From Klebsormidium nitens (Eukaryota; Plantae; Klebsormidiophyceae): DNA of 64,000 nt. The stretch spans positions 1 through 64,000 of the forward strand of contig DF237107.1 of assembly GCA_000708835.1 (NCBI GenBank). The letters run 5' to 3'. The position numbers and the translations under genes were made by a program. Within the stretch, counting starts at the first letter, position 1, and the number at the start of each line of letters is the position of its first letter. Positions 1 through 10,930 of the stretch are shown here, piece by piece. The notes below the pieces were generated by a model. It saw only the letters and a program-made list of their open reading frames with translations. It was not told where the DNA came from and made no database searches.

Positions 1-10
1 TAAGTACCAG

Positions 11-238
11 GCGGTGTGGGGGTCTGGACTCTGGGACTGCAAACTGTAGTCCGCGTTCTCCTTCCACCGGTTCAGTCAGCTCCCACAAAGGGCCTGTCAA
101 TGCCAATGGGATTCATTGGTGAGTACGGTAGTACTAGTAAGTTACTACTACTACCGTACTACTAGTACTGTCTGAATCAAGCGGTGTGGGGGTCTCGGAC
201 TGCAAACTGCAGTCCACGTTCTCCTTCCCTCCGTTCTG
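11..238. repeat. Imperfect direct duplication (~55-60 bp, period ~170 bp)
   Basis: gcggtgtgggggtct...ggactgcaaactg(t/c)agtcc(g/a)cgttctccttcc occurs at ~11-70 and ~181-238. Confidence 0.85.
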
Positions 239-446
239 TCTGGCTTTGCATGACTGCACAGTGCACAGATTGGCGCCACCGTCAATCGAGGCGCGATGAC
301 GCGGCCGGCCCACAGCGGCAGCGCGGCCGCAATCAAAGTCGATCCATCCCGCGCGCGCGCCGCGCGGGCCAATTCTTCTGGACCGCCCTTTTCCCGGTAT
401 CTCGTGCAACTAGAGTAGGTAAGTAGATTGTAAGATTGGAGCCTCG

Positions 447-754
447 TCACAAACTCCCCCCCCCCGACAGATTGACGCCTTTTAGGCGCCAATGGGGTTT
501 GCTCCAGATAGGCAACAAAGATTACAACACGTTGACACAACAAAGGCACCGAATATGCTTCGAGGGACTAAATGACGCCCCAACGCCCACTTGACACGTG
601 CCTTTTGGTCGTCAAATATGCTTCAAGTCCAACTTTGTGTTCTTATGGTGACACTAAAGTTGGAGACTGTTGGGCGGATAACATTACAACACTTTGGTAC
701 GGGCATGGGTGGCGCCTTTTAGGCGCCAGATTGTCGGGGGGGGGGAGTTTGTGA
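447..754. mobile_element. MITE-like element with perfect 23-bp terminal inverted repeats
   Basis: TCACAAACTCCCCCCCCCCGACA (447-469) is the exact reverse complement of TGTCGGGGGGGGGGAGTTTGTGA (732-754). A subterminal near-palindrome (g)gcgccttttaggcgcc lies next to both ends. No coding capacity and no clear target-site duplication. Confidence 0.75.
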
Positions 755-1303
755 AGCGTGTTCATGGCATGGATCTTCGACTAGAACACATTGTATGCAT
801 GCATAGCAGAGCCGCAACTCACTAAATTGCAAAATGATCGAAATCGTATCGCAATGAAAGTCATGATGAAAGCTGATAAGATCATCCAATTTGACTGTAC
901 TATAGGTGCAGTAGTGATTGTAAAACTGCAGTCTGTTATCCTTTGAACGGAGGTCTATACAAAAGCAATTGGAGTGCTCAACGATCATGCAACCCTCTCC
1001 TTTCAATCAAATCCGTGCTTACTTGTGGGCCCGCTATCAGGCCAGCGCATCCAAGTGCGATCTATTTGAACGACTTCTGCAACTGAAGTGAAGCCCGGAC
1101 CTTGAAGGGAGGGGCTGTGAATGATGACATTCTTTACAAGGACACATGGCTTGTGGATCCGATTAATTTCATAGACTCTTAACCTAGATTGGGCAAGCTG
1201 AAAACCAGGCAAGCTGAAAACCTAGATAATGGTTGGAGGGGTTTGAATCTGCTTCCGGAACCGCAAACGCAAAAACAATTTCTCGAAGTTCAACACCAGT
1301 TAC

Positions 1304-4300
1304 CTACTGCAAGCTGGGTCCAAAACCAAGTCGATCCGCTCCTCGACGAGTCGACAGACGCCGACGTCTATAATCGTACAGTCTCCTGATGCACATCAGC
1401 ACGGCCATCGCAAGTAACATCCAAACACCAGCAAACCTGTCCAACGCGCGTTGACTTCGAGGGATCCCCTGAGGAACCTCGACTACGGCCGTTACATGAG
1501 AAACTCGAGAACGCGTGCTCGGCAAACCGATCCTATCGATCGCCTTGCTTTCTGATATTTCTTCCCCGGAGCGTGCTGACTCTCCTATCAAGCCCCGGAA
1601 CGCTTCCCCGGCCCCCTCCGCTGAAGACGGGCCGCCTGACCCGCCCCAAGACGCCCCGGCGATGATCGAAGCAACCTTCGGGGTACTATCATCCATCGTC
1701 ACAGTCAAGCCGGGGGTAGATTTATCTAGAACTTCGACCTCGTCGACCGCACGCCAACGGCCCATGACGAAAAGCGGCGAGAGGCCCAGGATACAGCCGG
1801 CAGCGATTCCGACAGATGCGCCGGTTGTCTCGGCCCACCAGGCCTCCTGAAAACGAAAGTGAGAACGAAATTGCAAGAAGAAAGTGAGAAGAAAACCGCC
1901 CGGAGGGTCCCGCGAGGTTGCCTGCTTACTTCTTGGATCGTCAGGCTTTTGGAAACCTGACCTTCTTCTGTGAAGAGAGTCGTGTCTCTCTTCGTTGCGG
2001 CAGGTGCAGAGAACCGGAGCCGGCCGGGCTTCGAGCGCACGACGGCTGTTACATTGGACGCCAGCAGAGTGCATACTGCCCCTTCACGACCAAGTCAACT
2101 TCCCCGGTTCAAGTTGATTATTTAAGCGGGAGCAGTACAAAGGCATCACGGTGCGCCTAGCCCGGATCTTGGAAGGTGCTCGCAACGTCTTAGGAACACT
2201 AAAAGGCCCTGTAGCGTCCTCCGAAGTTAGCAACGGTTCGAATTGCAATCGCTGCGATATCGCACCTTGGTGGCCATCTGGAACGGCGACGCCTTGGGGT
2301 CCGGCATGAAGTGGCTGGACGCCCCCTCGATGCTTTCCTTGAAGGCAGCGCCGATGACGTCAGCGATGCAGTTCCCAAGCCCAGCGGACTGCAGGCGGAG
2401 ATGATGTCAATGAGATGCGCACTGGCGTCAAATGCTACGCAGGTCTAAAAGTGGAAGTGAGTGCTAACAAGATGAGTAACCACCAGAAGTGGGTTACTCA
2501 TCATAAAATTTGATCTGATACAGCTTGTGTCCATCCCACCTCATTCCGCCACAATGGAGGTTAACAGGTGCAGATCTTATTTGCAAGGCCTATATATGAT
2601 AAACGAGTTAGTCCGTCGAAACGATAGAAAGCCGCTGAGACAATCGCTCGTCACTTGGACAAAGCCAAAACTTCAACGGGCAAAGGTCACGATCAGAGAC
2701 GATTAGCAAGCGGAACCAGCTTCTGCAACTATGGCATCTTTGCAAAAAGTGCGCATCGTCACGTCACCGACTTGCAAGTATACAATAGCAGGTCCATGTC
2801 TCTGGTGCTTTCAGATCAGACCGAGGATTTGGATGTTTCACAAGACCACCTTCGGTGTGTGCCGATAACCTTTGAAAAGCAGTACTTCAATCAGTATCTG
2901 CAACCTTACTCACCATGAGTGTCGACAGTCCTAGCCCAGTGCCTATGGAGTTCTGAATTACGTCCCCAGCCAAGATCATGATTACATTGTCAGTAAAGCC
3001 AAAACCAATGTTCCCTGCAAGTAGGTAACATCTACTCAGCCCGTCGTTCCATACGAGAAGCAAAAGCTGATTCTTCAGGTTCTGGGACTTCGTCTGATAC
3101 AAGATTGCGCATTTGCAGAGAGTTCTGCAAATTCCAACATTCCTCATCCGGATCAGTTTGGGCTCAAGGCAGTACAACATTCTTTCAGTTGCTAATCAGA
3201 AAGAGGCTCTTCGAGCGAAAGACGACATAGACCGGTGAAAGGGCAATGCATCCTCCCCTGAGATTTGGCAGAAGCTTGATGCCTCACCTATAGCAGCCCG
3301 CAGCGAGAGGAGAAAAAGCTGTCTTTGAGTTGGGGGCCTCATGGACTTTCCCATTTCAAGCGCCTGGGCCTCAACATAGCCCGAAAACTCATCCTTGCTC
3401 AGGATGCCATCATGGTTGACATCAACAGTCTTGAACACGTCGTCGATGTTTTCACTAGCTGCAACAGTTGAGGGGCAATCCTTTCAGAGTCTGTTGGTTG
3501 ATATCTCAAAAAGTCGCCAAACCCAAAGCAGTTCAGAACCAGGAATCACATTGTCAGAGACATGTGGCCAATTTCGAATCTGGCCCTATTGCACAGCAGG
3601 TAATAGAAGTCTGACAAATCTTTCCTGAGTGCCAAAACGGACTGTGCTGAGAAAAGAATCTTTACAAGCTCAGAACATCACAAGTAATGGACTTCAGAAA
3701 ACACCTCCTGGAATGCAAGACTGAATCGTTTGTCATTATGATCTTCATGGATGTCCTTTGCCAACCTTAACCTAGAGCTACCTCTATCAGCAATGTTGAC
3801 ATTGCAATGGCACCAAGAGATGTGATCAAAGACACTGACTGAGTACTCCAGCTGCAGGAGGTTGCCATGCAACAAAATTTGAAACCTTCCCAGCATAAAA
3901 GTGTCTGACTTCATGACCATTTAACACGGATCCCTTTTCTCCCAATTACATCAGAGAAGGCACAACCCCCTTCGTGCACTGTCTACTCTCGATTGACTGC
4001 CTTGCTCATAGGACATCTCTGCCGCTGACAATCGTCAAGGCATCTGGTGCATGTACTCCAAGAAAGGCACTGAATCATCTATCTTGTACGCACATTGGAC
4101 ATCGCGACAAACTTGGATGCACATCAGATATCATGACAGAATTGGAAGCTGAAATTCACTGAGTTTAAGTAAGCTTGCCTGTTTGGAAGAGGGCAGATAA
4201 GATGACCTCTCTTCCCTTCCCGTCCAATTGAGCAATCAAGGCAGCTGCAGTCTGATTCGCTGTGCTGTTATCCTGCAATGCATGGACCACCTGAAGCACA

Positions 4301-4662
4301 GAATCCTCAGAAGCTGGCTTATGTGGCTCTGCTGACGGGGAAGAGGCAGCGGCGAGACTCCGCACACTTTGAAGATCCCTTTTGGAATGTAGAGAACTCC
4401 TGTGTCGCAACAGGTCGCTTGGTCTGCAACATACTTCATGCAAATTGCAGCCCTGTAACCTGTGGACAGAACTTAGGCTTTGGTGGTCCTGGGCATGGGG
4501 TTGGCTGCACCGAGGGGTCAGAAACTTTCTAAATCTACTGGTGAAGTGTGTATCAAACAGGCTTTCTGAGACTCGCAGTCGGTGCCCTTCTGTCCTATGA
4601 CATCTGCTCCAAAATACTACACCAGCAGCGGAGAGCTTGGCTGCCGGGCAGACGCATGCCAT
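1304..4662 (-). CDS. TMEM65: TMEM65-family membrane protein with an EF-hand, probably mitochondrial
   Basis: Model complement join(4662..4179,3458..3288,3014..2914,2388..2266,1846..1304), phases consistent, about 473 aa. TMEM65 motifs: IGFGFTDNVIMILAGDVIQNSIG, STLMSAGLGNCIADVIG, GASVGIAAGCILGLSPLF. Canonical EF loop DVNHDGILSKDE. Intron 1 requires a GC donor. Confidence 0.8.
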
Positions 4663-4828
4663 TGCGCAACTCACTAGGAAGTTAGGGCCGAAGCTGTATA
4701 CTACATGAAGGAGAAGCTCACGTCAATGTCTTCGCACCACCTTACTTTATGGTTTACCCTGAATAGTGAGAACAGCAAAGTATCTATGGGGTATCTTATG
4801 TACAAATCATGAACGCCCTCTCATGATA

Positions 4829-5207
4829 GGGCGGTCACATCTAAGATTTTCGAGGCTCGGTAGTCCCGAACTTTGCAAAGTTGGGGAGTTTTTTTCCTCG
4901 ACGGTGAAAAAAACAGCTTCGGGACTACCGAAAAACATCGCGGACTTTTTCTACGGTGGTCCCGAACATACTTCGGGACTCCCGAACTTTTCCGGAGCCG
5001 TACTAAAAGTTCGACGGTAGACAGCCTCCGCGGGCGAGATGTAGTGGATCAGCGGTTTTCACGGGATACCTCTTGTACTTCCCCCTTGTCAGGTCCCGGT
5101 TGTCCCGAAGCACCAGCTTATATGATGTGACCGAAAGGCGTTATACGGTACCGAACATTTCTTTTTCGGGAGGCCCGACATTTTCAAAGCCGTAGATGTG
5201 ACCGCCC
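4829..5207. mobile_element. MITE with 15-bp TIRs (GGG...CCC ends) flanked by TA
   Basis: TA-GGGCGGTCACATCTA (4827-4843) and TAGATGTGACCGCCC-TA (5193-5209). Internal repeats of gtcccgaa/ttcgggac occur in both orientations. Confidence 0.8.
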
Positions 5208-5751
5208 TATGAGAAGGCAACCCAACTTCTGAGCTCCTCTTCCAACAACCAGCAGAGATTTCAAAGCTTCATATTCCTGCTTAGCTCTGAAATATCTACC
5301 AGAATGCTACCCAGTCCTAGTACCAGTAGCTGGTAGGCGCTGTGAGCAACAGAATTGTTCGATTGCTGCAGAGGCTCTTCAGGCGACATTGGACGGTGCC
5401 AGATGGCAAGCGCACAGCTTCAGGAAATTAGGGTTTGACGTCTAAAGTGTATTCACATACGGATTTGTGAGGAAGGCCCAAATGGGCAAGGGCGCGTTGG
5501 CTATCTTAACTGGTTGTGGCGGCTCCGCTGTGTGAAAACTCCGACTCAGTCGCTGACCTGGACGATTCAAAGCCACCTGTCACTCAAGTGCATCATGACG
5601 AAAATATTGTGCACAGCATTGAACCCAGCAGACTCGAGGCGCCAATTTGGCAACGTAGGAAGTGACGCAGGAATATGAGTGGGTAGGTCCTAGGTAGATG
5701 TTTCCTCAACTTCCTCAAGTCTTCGTTGGACCCTGTCTCAATGGATGAACG

Positions 5752-8700
5752 ATGATCCGCATTGTTCTTCTCGCCGGGGCTGCGGCCGCCAGCGTGGGCG
5801 TGAAAAAGCTGCAAGAAAGAAAGAAGCAGGAAAGAGCGAGCTTGAATGATGCGTCTGGGGCGGCATTGGCGGTTGATACTGACGAAGTCTCCCAGCCAAC
5901 AATTGGGAGTCCGGAAAGTGGGGTGAAGGACTTTGCAGAATCCACTGCAAACAAGAATGTGGATGAGAGAAGCAGTCAGCAACATGGAGAAGCAGCTGGT
6001 TCGGTGGCAAGTATACCTCAACCAGAAAGCCCGAAAGCCCGCATCTCTAAATCAACTGTTGTACCAGGAAAAAGCTCGCCGGTTGCAATTTCCTCCGGGC
6101 AAACCGGCGAAAGATCCAACCTTGCGAAGGGTTCCGATAGCACCCCCTCAGTAAGTAGGAGCCGTGTCAGCCGGCTACGATTGGAGATCGAGGGCGCCTC
6201 GCAAGGTGACGCTTTCTCGTTTCCTTCCCCTACAAAGGGGGATAGTCCTGGCACCATCAAAGCCCCCCCTACTCCGATCCAAAACGGGCCAACTGTGCAG
6301 GTAGCAGACAGTGATGCCGCGCACGCTTTCTCGCCACCTGGCGAGATTCCAGTCGTCACCATCCCGTCATCTGTCACAGCCGCAGTCGGTACATATTCGC
6401 CACCGACAAAAGATGCGGCCACACCCTTTGTGCCACCCACTACGGTTGTGCCACCCACTACGGTTGACACCAATCCTTCTTCCCTCGGGCGCGTCAACAG
6501 CTCAAGCAGCATCCGGGCCCCTCCCACCCCGTCCAAAGAGCTCCACTCGTCCCCGACCGAAGCGAAACCGCCGCTCGTGATCAGCAGCGGCGTCAGGGCC
6601 GTTCCCACCATCCCGCCGCGCAGCCGCTCGAGGGGCCCGAGGGTCAGTGTGAATGCGGGGCTGCTCGATATCCTGCCTGGAGATGACACTCGAGAAAGCC
6701 GCATACGGGCCGTTCCCACGAAGCGGCCCTCCGTCGAGCCTCCCCCTGTGAGGAGCTCGTTCTCTGAAGGAGTCTTTGGAGCGCTTGCGAGAAGCGTTCC
6801 AAAGATTGGACTGCCATTCACAAGCAAGAGTGGTCCCTCGAGCCCTGTTGGAAGCATAAAAGCCCCCCCCACTCCATTGGGCTTACCAAAAGCCTTGAAC
6901 CCTGACTCGAGGGGAGCGAGTCCAGCCTCGTCCGTGATCAGACCCGTTCCGACACCTGGGGGAGCGGTGAAAGAGGAGAAGACATGGGAACCGGGGAGCT
7001 TGGACGGCGACTCGGAGAGCGTAACTAGCGCGGGGACGAACTTGGACGCGGCGTCGGTGGTGGTGAGCCCAATCGAGACGGAGAGCCAGCGGCGCGTGGC
7101 GCGCGAGCGGTTAAGCTTGAAAGACAGGCGAGTATATTGTTCTGCTTTTACTTATACATTGTAACAGTGGGCTGGAGAAAGTATCTTCTTTGCCCTGTGA
7201 TAAGTGGACGAATGAGAAGCTCAATGCAGAAAATGAGGCGGCCTTTCTTATGAGGCGGGCACAATGATGGGGGTTCGGCCCTATAGGTTCAGCATTTAGT
7301 CCCTTCTTGTGCACAGCATACACCATCAGCATCTTTCGAAAGTTTTCAGCTCCGCACTTTGCTTTACTTCGGCCCTACTCCATCAGCGTCCAAGTCTGAG
7401 CGCCTTTGCAAACCGACTGAGGCAAATCGAGTCTTATCGGCCCTAGTCACTCTCCAAGTCGGAGCATCTCCGCATGGAATTGACGAGTCAAGGCACTCGA
7501 GCTTCTGGCAGTCGTTTACAAGAGATTATTGGTGAGGACCTACTGATGTCACCACTGATGTCACCGTTTGAAGATCTGAAAAATGGAGTTGAAGTCTTTG
7601 TTCTTCGAAAGCAAAGTTGGAACAGTCGGTCAACACAAGATGGTCTTGATCTTTACAACTGCCGACCAAAGAGTAACCGCCACTCATGAAGTTTTGCCTG
7701 CCGATCAAATCGGCAAAGTGGGTCAAGCAGAAACCCCCTCCTACTGAGTGACAGGAATATCAAATCTTGTCATGCGCAGGTGGGAGCTTGACGCAAAAGC
7801 AGCAGAGCTGGGGGCAACGGAGAACGGCCCAGCCGCAAACGCTCGTGCCGTCACCGTCGACGGCACTGGTGCAGATCCGTCGGAGGGCAGGCGGCCCCCG
7901 ACGGAAGCAGGCCGGGACGGAACAGAACGGAACGAGAGCGGAACGGTACAACCACTGAACGGAACGGGCCAGAACGGGATTGGCATCGCGGCCCCATCTC
8001 AGGGGGCGAGGAAGGAGCAGATCGAGTTGATACAGGGGCGCGAAAAAGCGCTCAAAGAGTTGGAAATGGACGAAGAACGGCGGAGGGAGAGACTGAGGAT
8101 TTTGGAGGAGCGAGAGGCAGTGTTGAGGGGGCGATTGGAGGAACTAGAGCGGGCTCACGAGGAGCGGCGGGCTGCTGACGTGGCGGGGGTTTCGAAAGGG
8201 ATGGGTGAAAGTGGGTCGAAAAGCGGGGGAGAGCTGCCGGTGGGGGCGGCGGACCGGTTCGACCAGGCCAACTTTGACCGGTGAGTTGGCAAGTGGTGCA
8301 TCTTGGTAATGCCAGCGACTGTTCTGGAGAGCATAACTGCATCCAGCAATTGACGCCAATTAAACTTTCGGATGCAGTAATTAGCGCAGAGTTAGGTCTC
8401 GTTCAATTGGATCTGCCGAGATTTTCAGACCCGGTTTGCCGACTCCTTCTCAAACATCCCCAATAGAAGCTAGGCATACTAAGAAGAGTCCTCGATTCAA
8501 AGGACAGGATCGAACTTTCTCTAAGATAGTCCTCGGCATATGCAGGCCAAGTAGACAGGGTACCAAAACAGCACAGAGATTAGCAATCGCACTGCAAAAA
8601 GAGCCACAAGCGATTGCGCCAAAATCAACCCCTCAAGCTATTTTACCCCCCCCTGGAGTGCAGTTGGTGCCAGCTCCGGGCGGGCCCCTCAGGCGCCACC

Positions 8701-10790
8701 ACCCACTGGTACTCCTCGGGGGAAGTCTACTCCTATCCGGGGGGGCAGCTTCTCGCGCGCCTCGAGGGCTTCGAGGCGGTGCGCGCGCGCAGGGAAAGCG
8801 CGCGCCTAGTTCACGAGCTGTCGCGGCGACTGCTCTTGTTTGTGGATAAGGAGAAAGGGACGCCGTTGGAAGACACCGGGGGGGGCAGGCTGGGCGAGGT
8901 TCGGATACCCTACCAGCACTGTACGTACAACTTGGACGGGTCGGTGGTCCGAACTGAGGTGAGTCGGGGTGGCATCTGGGAGTGGCGAGGGAATCGATTG
9001 ACGCTGTCGGCGTGTCGCAAAAGTCCAATGGGGCGGGTCAAATTTCCGGATACTGATGTATCTGGGGGAGGAAACGGGTTCTTTGGACTTGCACTCTTTT
9101 ACGCGATTGGTATCGATACAGGTGGCTGGCACGAAAATTGTGCGTTGGCGTGCCTGGTGTCTCCCCTCGCAGATTTTAGCTGATTCGCTGGGCTCGTACT
9201 GCGCCGCTTCGAAAATGAGTAAAGCTCTCCGTGTAAATCGGCGGGCGTAGTCGTCACAGAAGCCAAACTTCCTCCGCTTCCCATTTGCTATTGGAAGGGG
9301 TGGGCTGAAGTCCGGCCCACACAATTACCACCTCAACGTGCATGACGAGTATTTTCACAGCCTCAATTCTCCTCACTCCGTCAAACCCATCCATTAGTCG
9401 CAACTACAACTAGGTGAAGCCCCTCCAGTACGGTTGTGTAAAAGCCCTCCGTTACATTTATGTAAAACCCCTTCATTACATTAGTAAAACCCGTCCGTAT
9501 TATGGGTACTTTAAACCCCTCCGTTATGGTTACTTAAAACCCCTCCGTTGCGGTCAAGAAAACCCCTCCGTTAAACGCAGGTCACGGTTAGGTCGGGCGC
9601 GAGCGCCGTGCGGCTGGGCGGCAGCGCAGGCGGCGTGCGCGTCATGCAGGGCGCGGACGGGGTCGTCTTTACGCGTCCGACGTTCCTCAGCATTCCGTCC
9701 GAAAATGGTGAGCGTCGAGCTCGCCTCTAGGATCTCGCCGTCAAAGAAACTCAGGAAAAATTCGAACTGCGAAGATTATAATTAATAACGCCCTAAAACT
9801 CAATCCTAACTCGGTCATTTGCATGCTCCGCATCCTCAAATCACCCTAAATATGCAAAGTAACGCTACCGGTCTCTGTGGCAATTACCTACTTGTTCTTC
9901 TAGCTCACCGTTATCTTTCTTAAGCTCTTTTTCGTCAAGATGAGGCGTGCATTTATGAACTCACACTTTTCCGTAAGCGAGCATACTGTTTGACAAAGGG
10001 ACGTGCTACGACTTTTGAAATCACTCATGAAGTATCGGTTTCGTTCGAGAGCATAGGCGGAGTGAAGTTGAAGGGAATTCCCACGTCAGGGAAAGAGTAG
10101 CTAGACAAGCGCGCCTTAACCTGGTCTCTGGACAGTAGTTGTTGCACTGTCCCATTTTTGCGGTGAGGTCTTGACCCCGTAAGGTAAGTGCTTTTTCTGT
10201 GTGGTAATGCTAATCGCTGCGAACGAGGCGCTCGGCCTAGTTGCGGAGCCTTCCCCACCAGTAAATTCTATTTTGACTCTGGCCATTTCTTGTCAGTCCG
10301 ACAGAGTCGAGCGTTCCGGTCTGTTTTGACGGCGTGTTCTTACGGTGCTGCGTTTTGATCCGGGAAGGGTTTTCAGAAAGTATACGTCAGCACCAATGCG
10401 TAATCACCCCCGTTCCTTCCGGCATAAGTGTTGTCGCAGCAGAAAGCTTCTCCGCGCTTTGACGTTGTCCTCATGCGAACCCTTCTTCACAGTGCACCAA
10501 CCCAATTTCCCCGTCTAAGCAGCCCTCCAAGCGTTTCTTTCTCTTCCGCAGGCGACTTTCTCGCCTACGAAAACCACGACTACTTCACGACAACCCGGGG
10601 CCCCGACACCCCGCCTACCGACCACTTTTCCATGGTGCGGCTGGGCCCGGTTCCCGGATTTCCCGGGCAGTGTTTCGTCCACGTGGTCGGGTGGAAGCCA
10701 ACCGACCTGACGTCACTGCCAGCTGTCCTGCGGGTCGAGCTAGACAAGGAGCCGCTCTGGAAGGAGGCGCCCGAGAAGGTTTACGACTAA
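5752..10790 (+). CDS. Unknown protein (~845 aa): N-terminal hydrophobic anchor, Pro/Ser-rich region, coiled coil, C-terminal DUF1838-like domain
   Basis: Model join(5752..7127,7780..8280,8664..8958,9581..9707,10552..10790), total 2538 nt in frame. C-terminal part RWCQLRAG..THWYSSGEVYSYPGGQLLARLEGFEAVR..RRLLLFVD..AYENHDYF..FSMVRLG..VVGWK..LP..L..EPLWKEAP resembles DUF1838 by my recognition only. The 3' end may continue past a weak donor at ~10779. Confidence 0.7.
9413..9580 (+). repeat. Intronic minisatellite, ~7 copies of a 22-26 bp unit (aaaacccctccgtta...)
   Basis: Consecutive degenerate copies. The last ends at the acceptor AG (9579-9580) of the next exon. Confidence 0.9.
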
Positions 10791-10930
10791 CCCTCCTTCT
10801 AAACCTGATGCGTCTACGTGGTTGGGTTGAAGCTAACCCCACCTGACGGCACTGCCAGCTGTCTTGCGGGTCGAGCTAGACAAGGAACCGCTCTGGAAGG
10901 AGGCGCCGGAGAAGATTCACGACTAACCCT
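10681..10930 (+). repeat. Tandem duplication (period ~135 bp) of the end of the DUF1838-like gene
   Basis: 10681-10794 and 10816-10930 both read acgtggt.gggt.gaagc.aacc..cctgacg.cactgccagctgtc.tgcgggtcgagctagacaagga.ccgctctggaaggaggcgcc.gagaag.tt.acgactaaccct. Confidence 0.9.

Noticed and set aside
134-549. Overlapping minus-strand ORFs at the window start
   Set aside because: No recognisable motif, and they overlap a local duplication and a MITE. They could be an exon of a gene outside the window, but I cannot support that.
6018-6872. 284-aa minus-strand ORF
   Set aside because: Antisense shadow of the Pro/Ser-rich exon.
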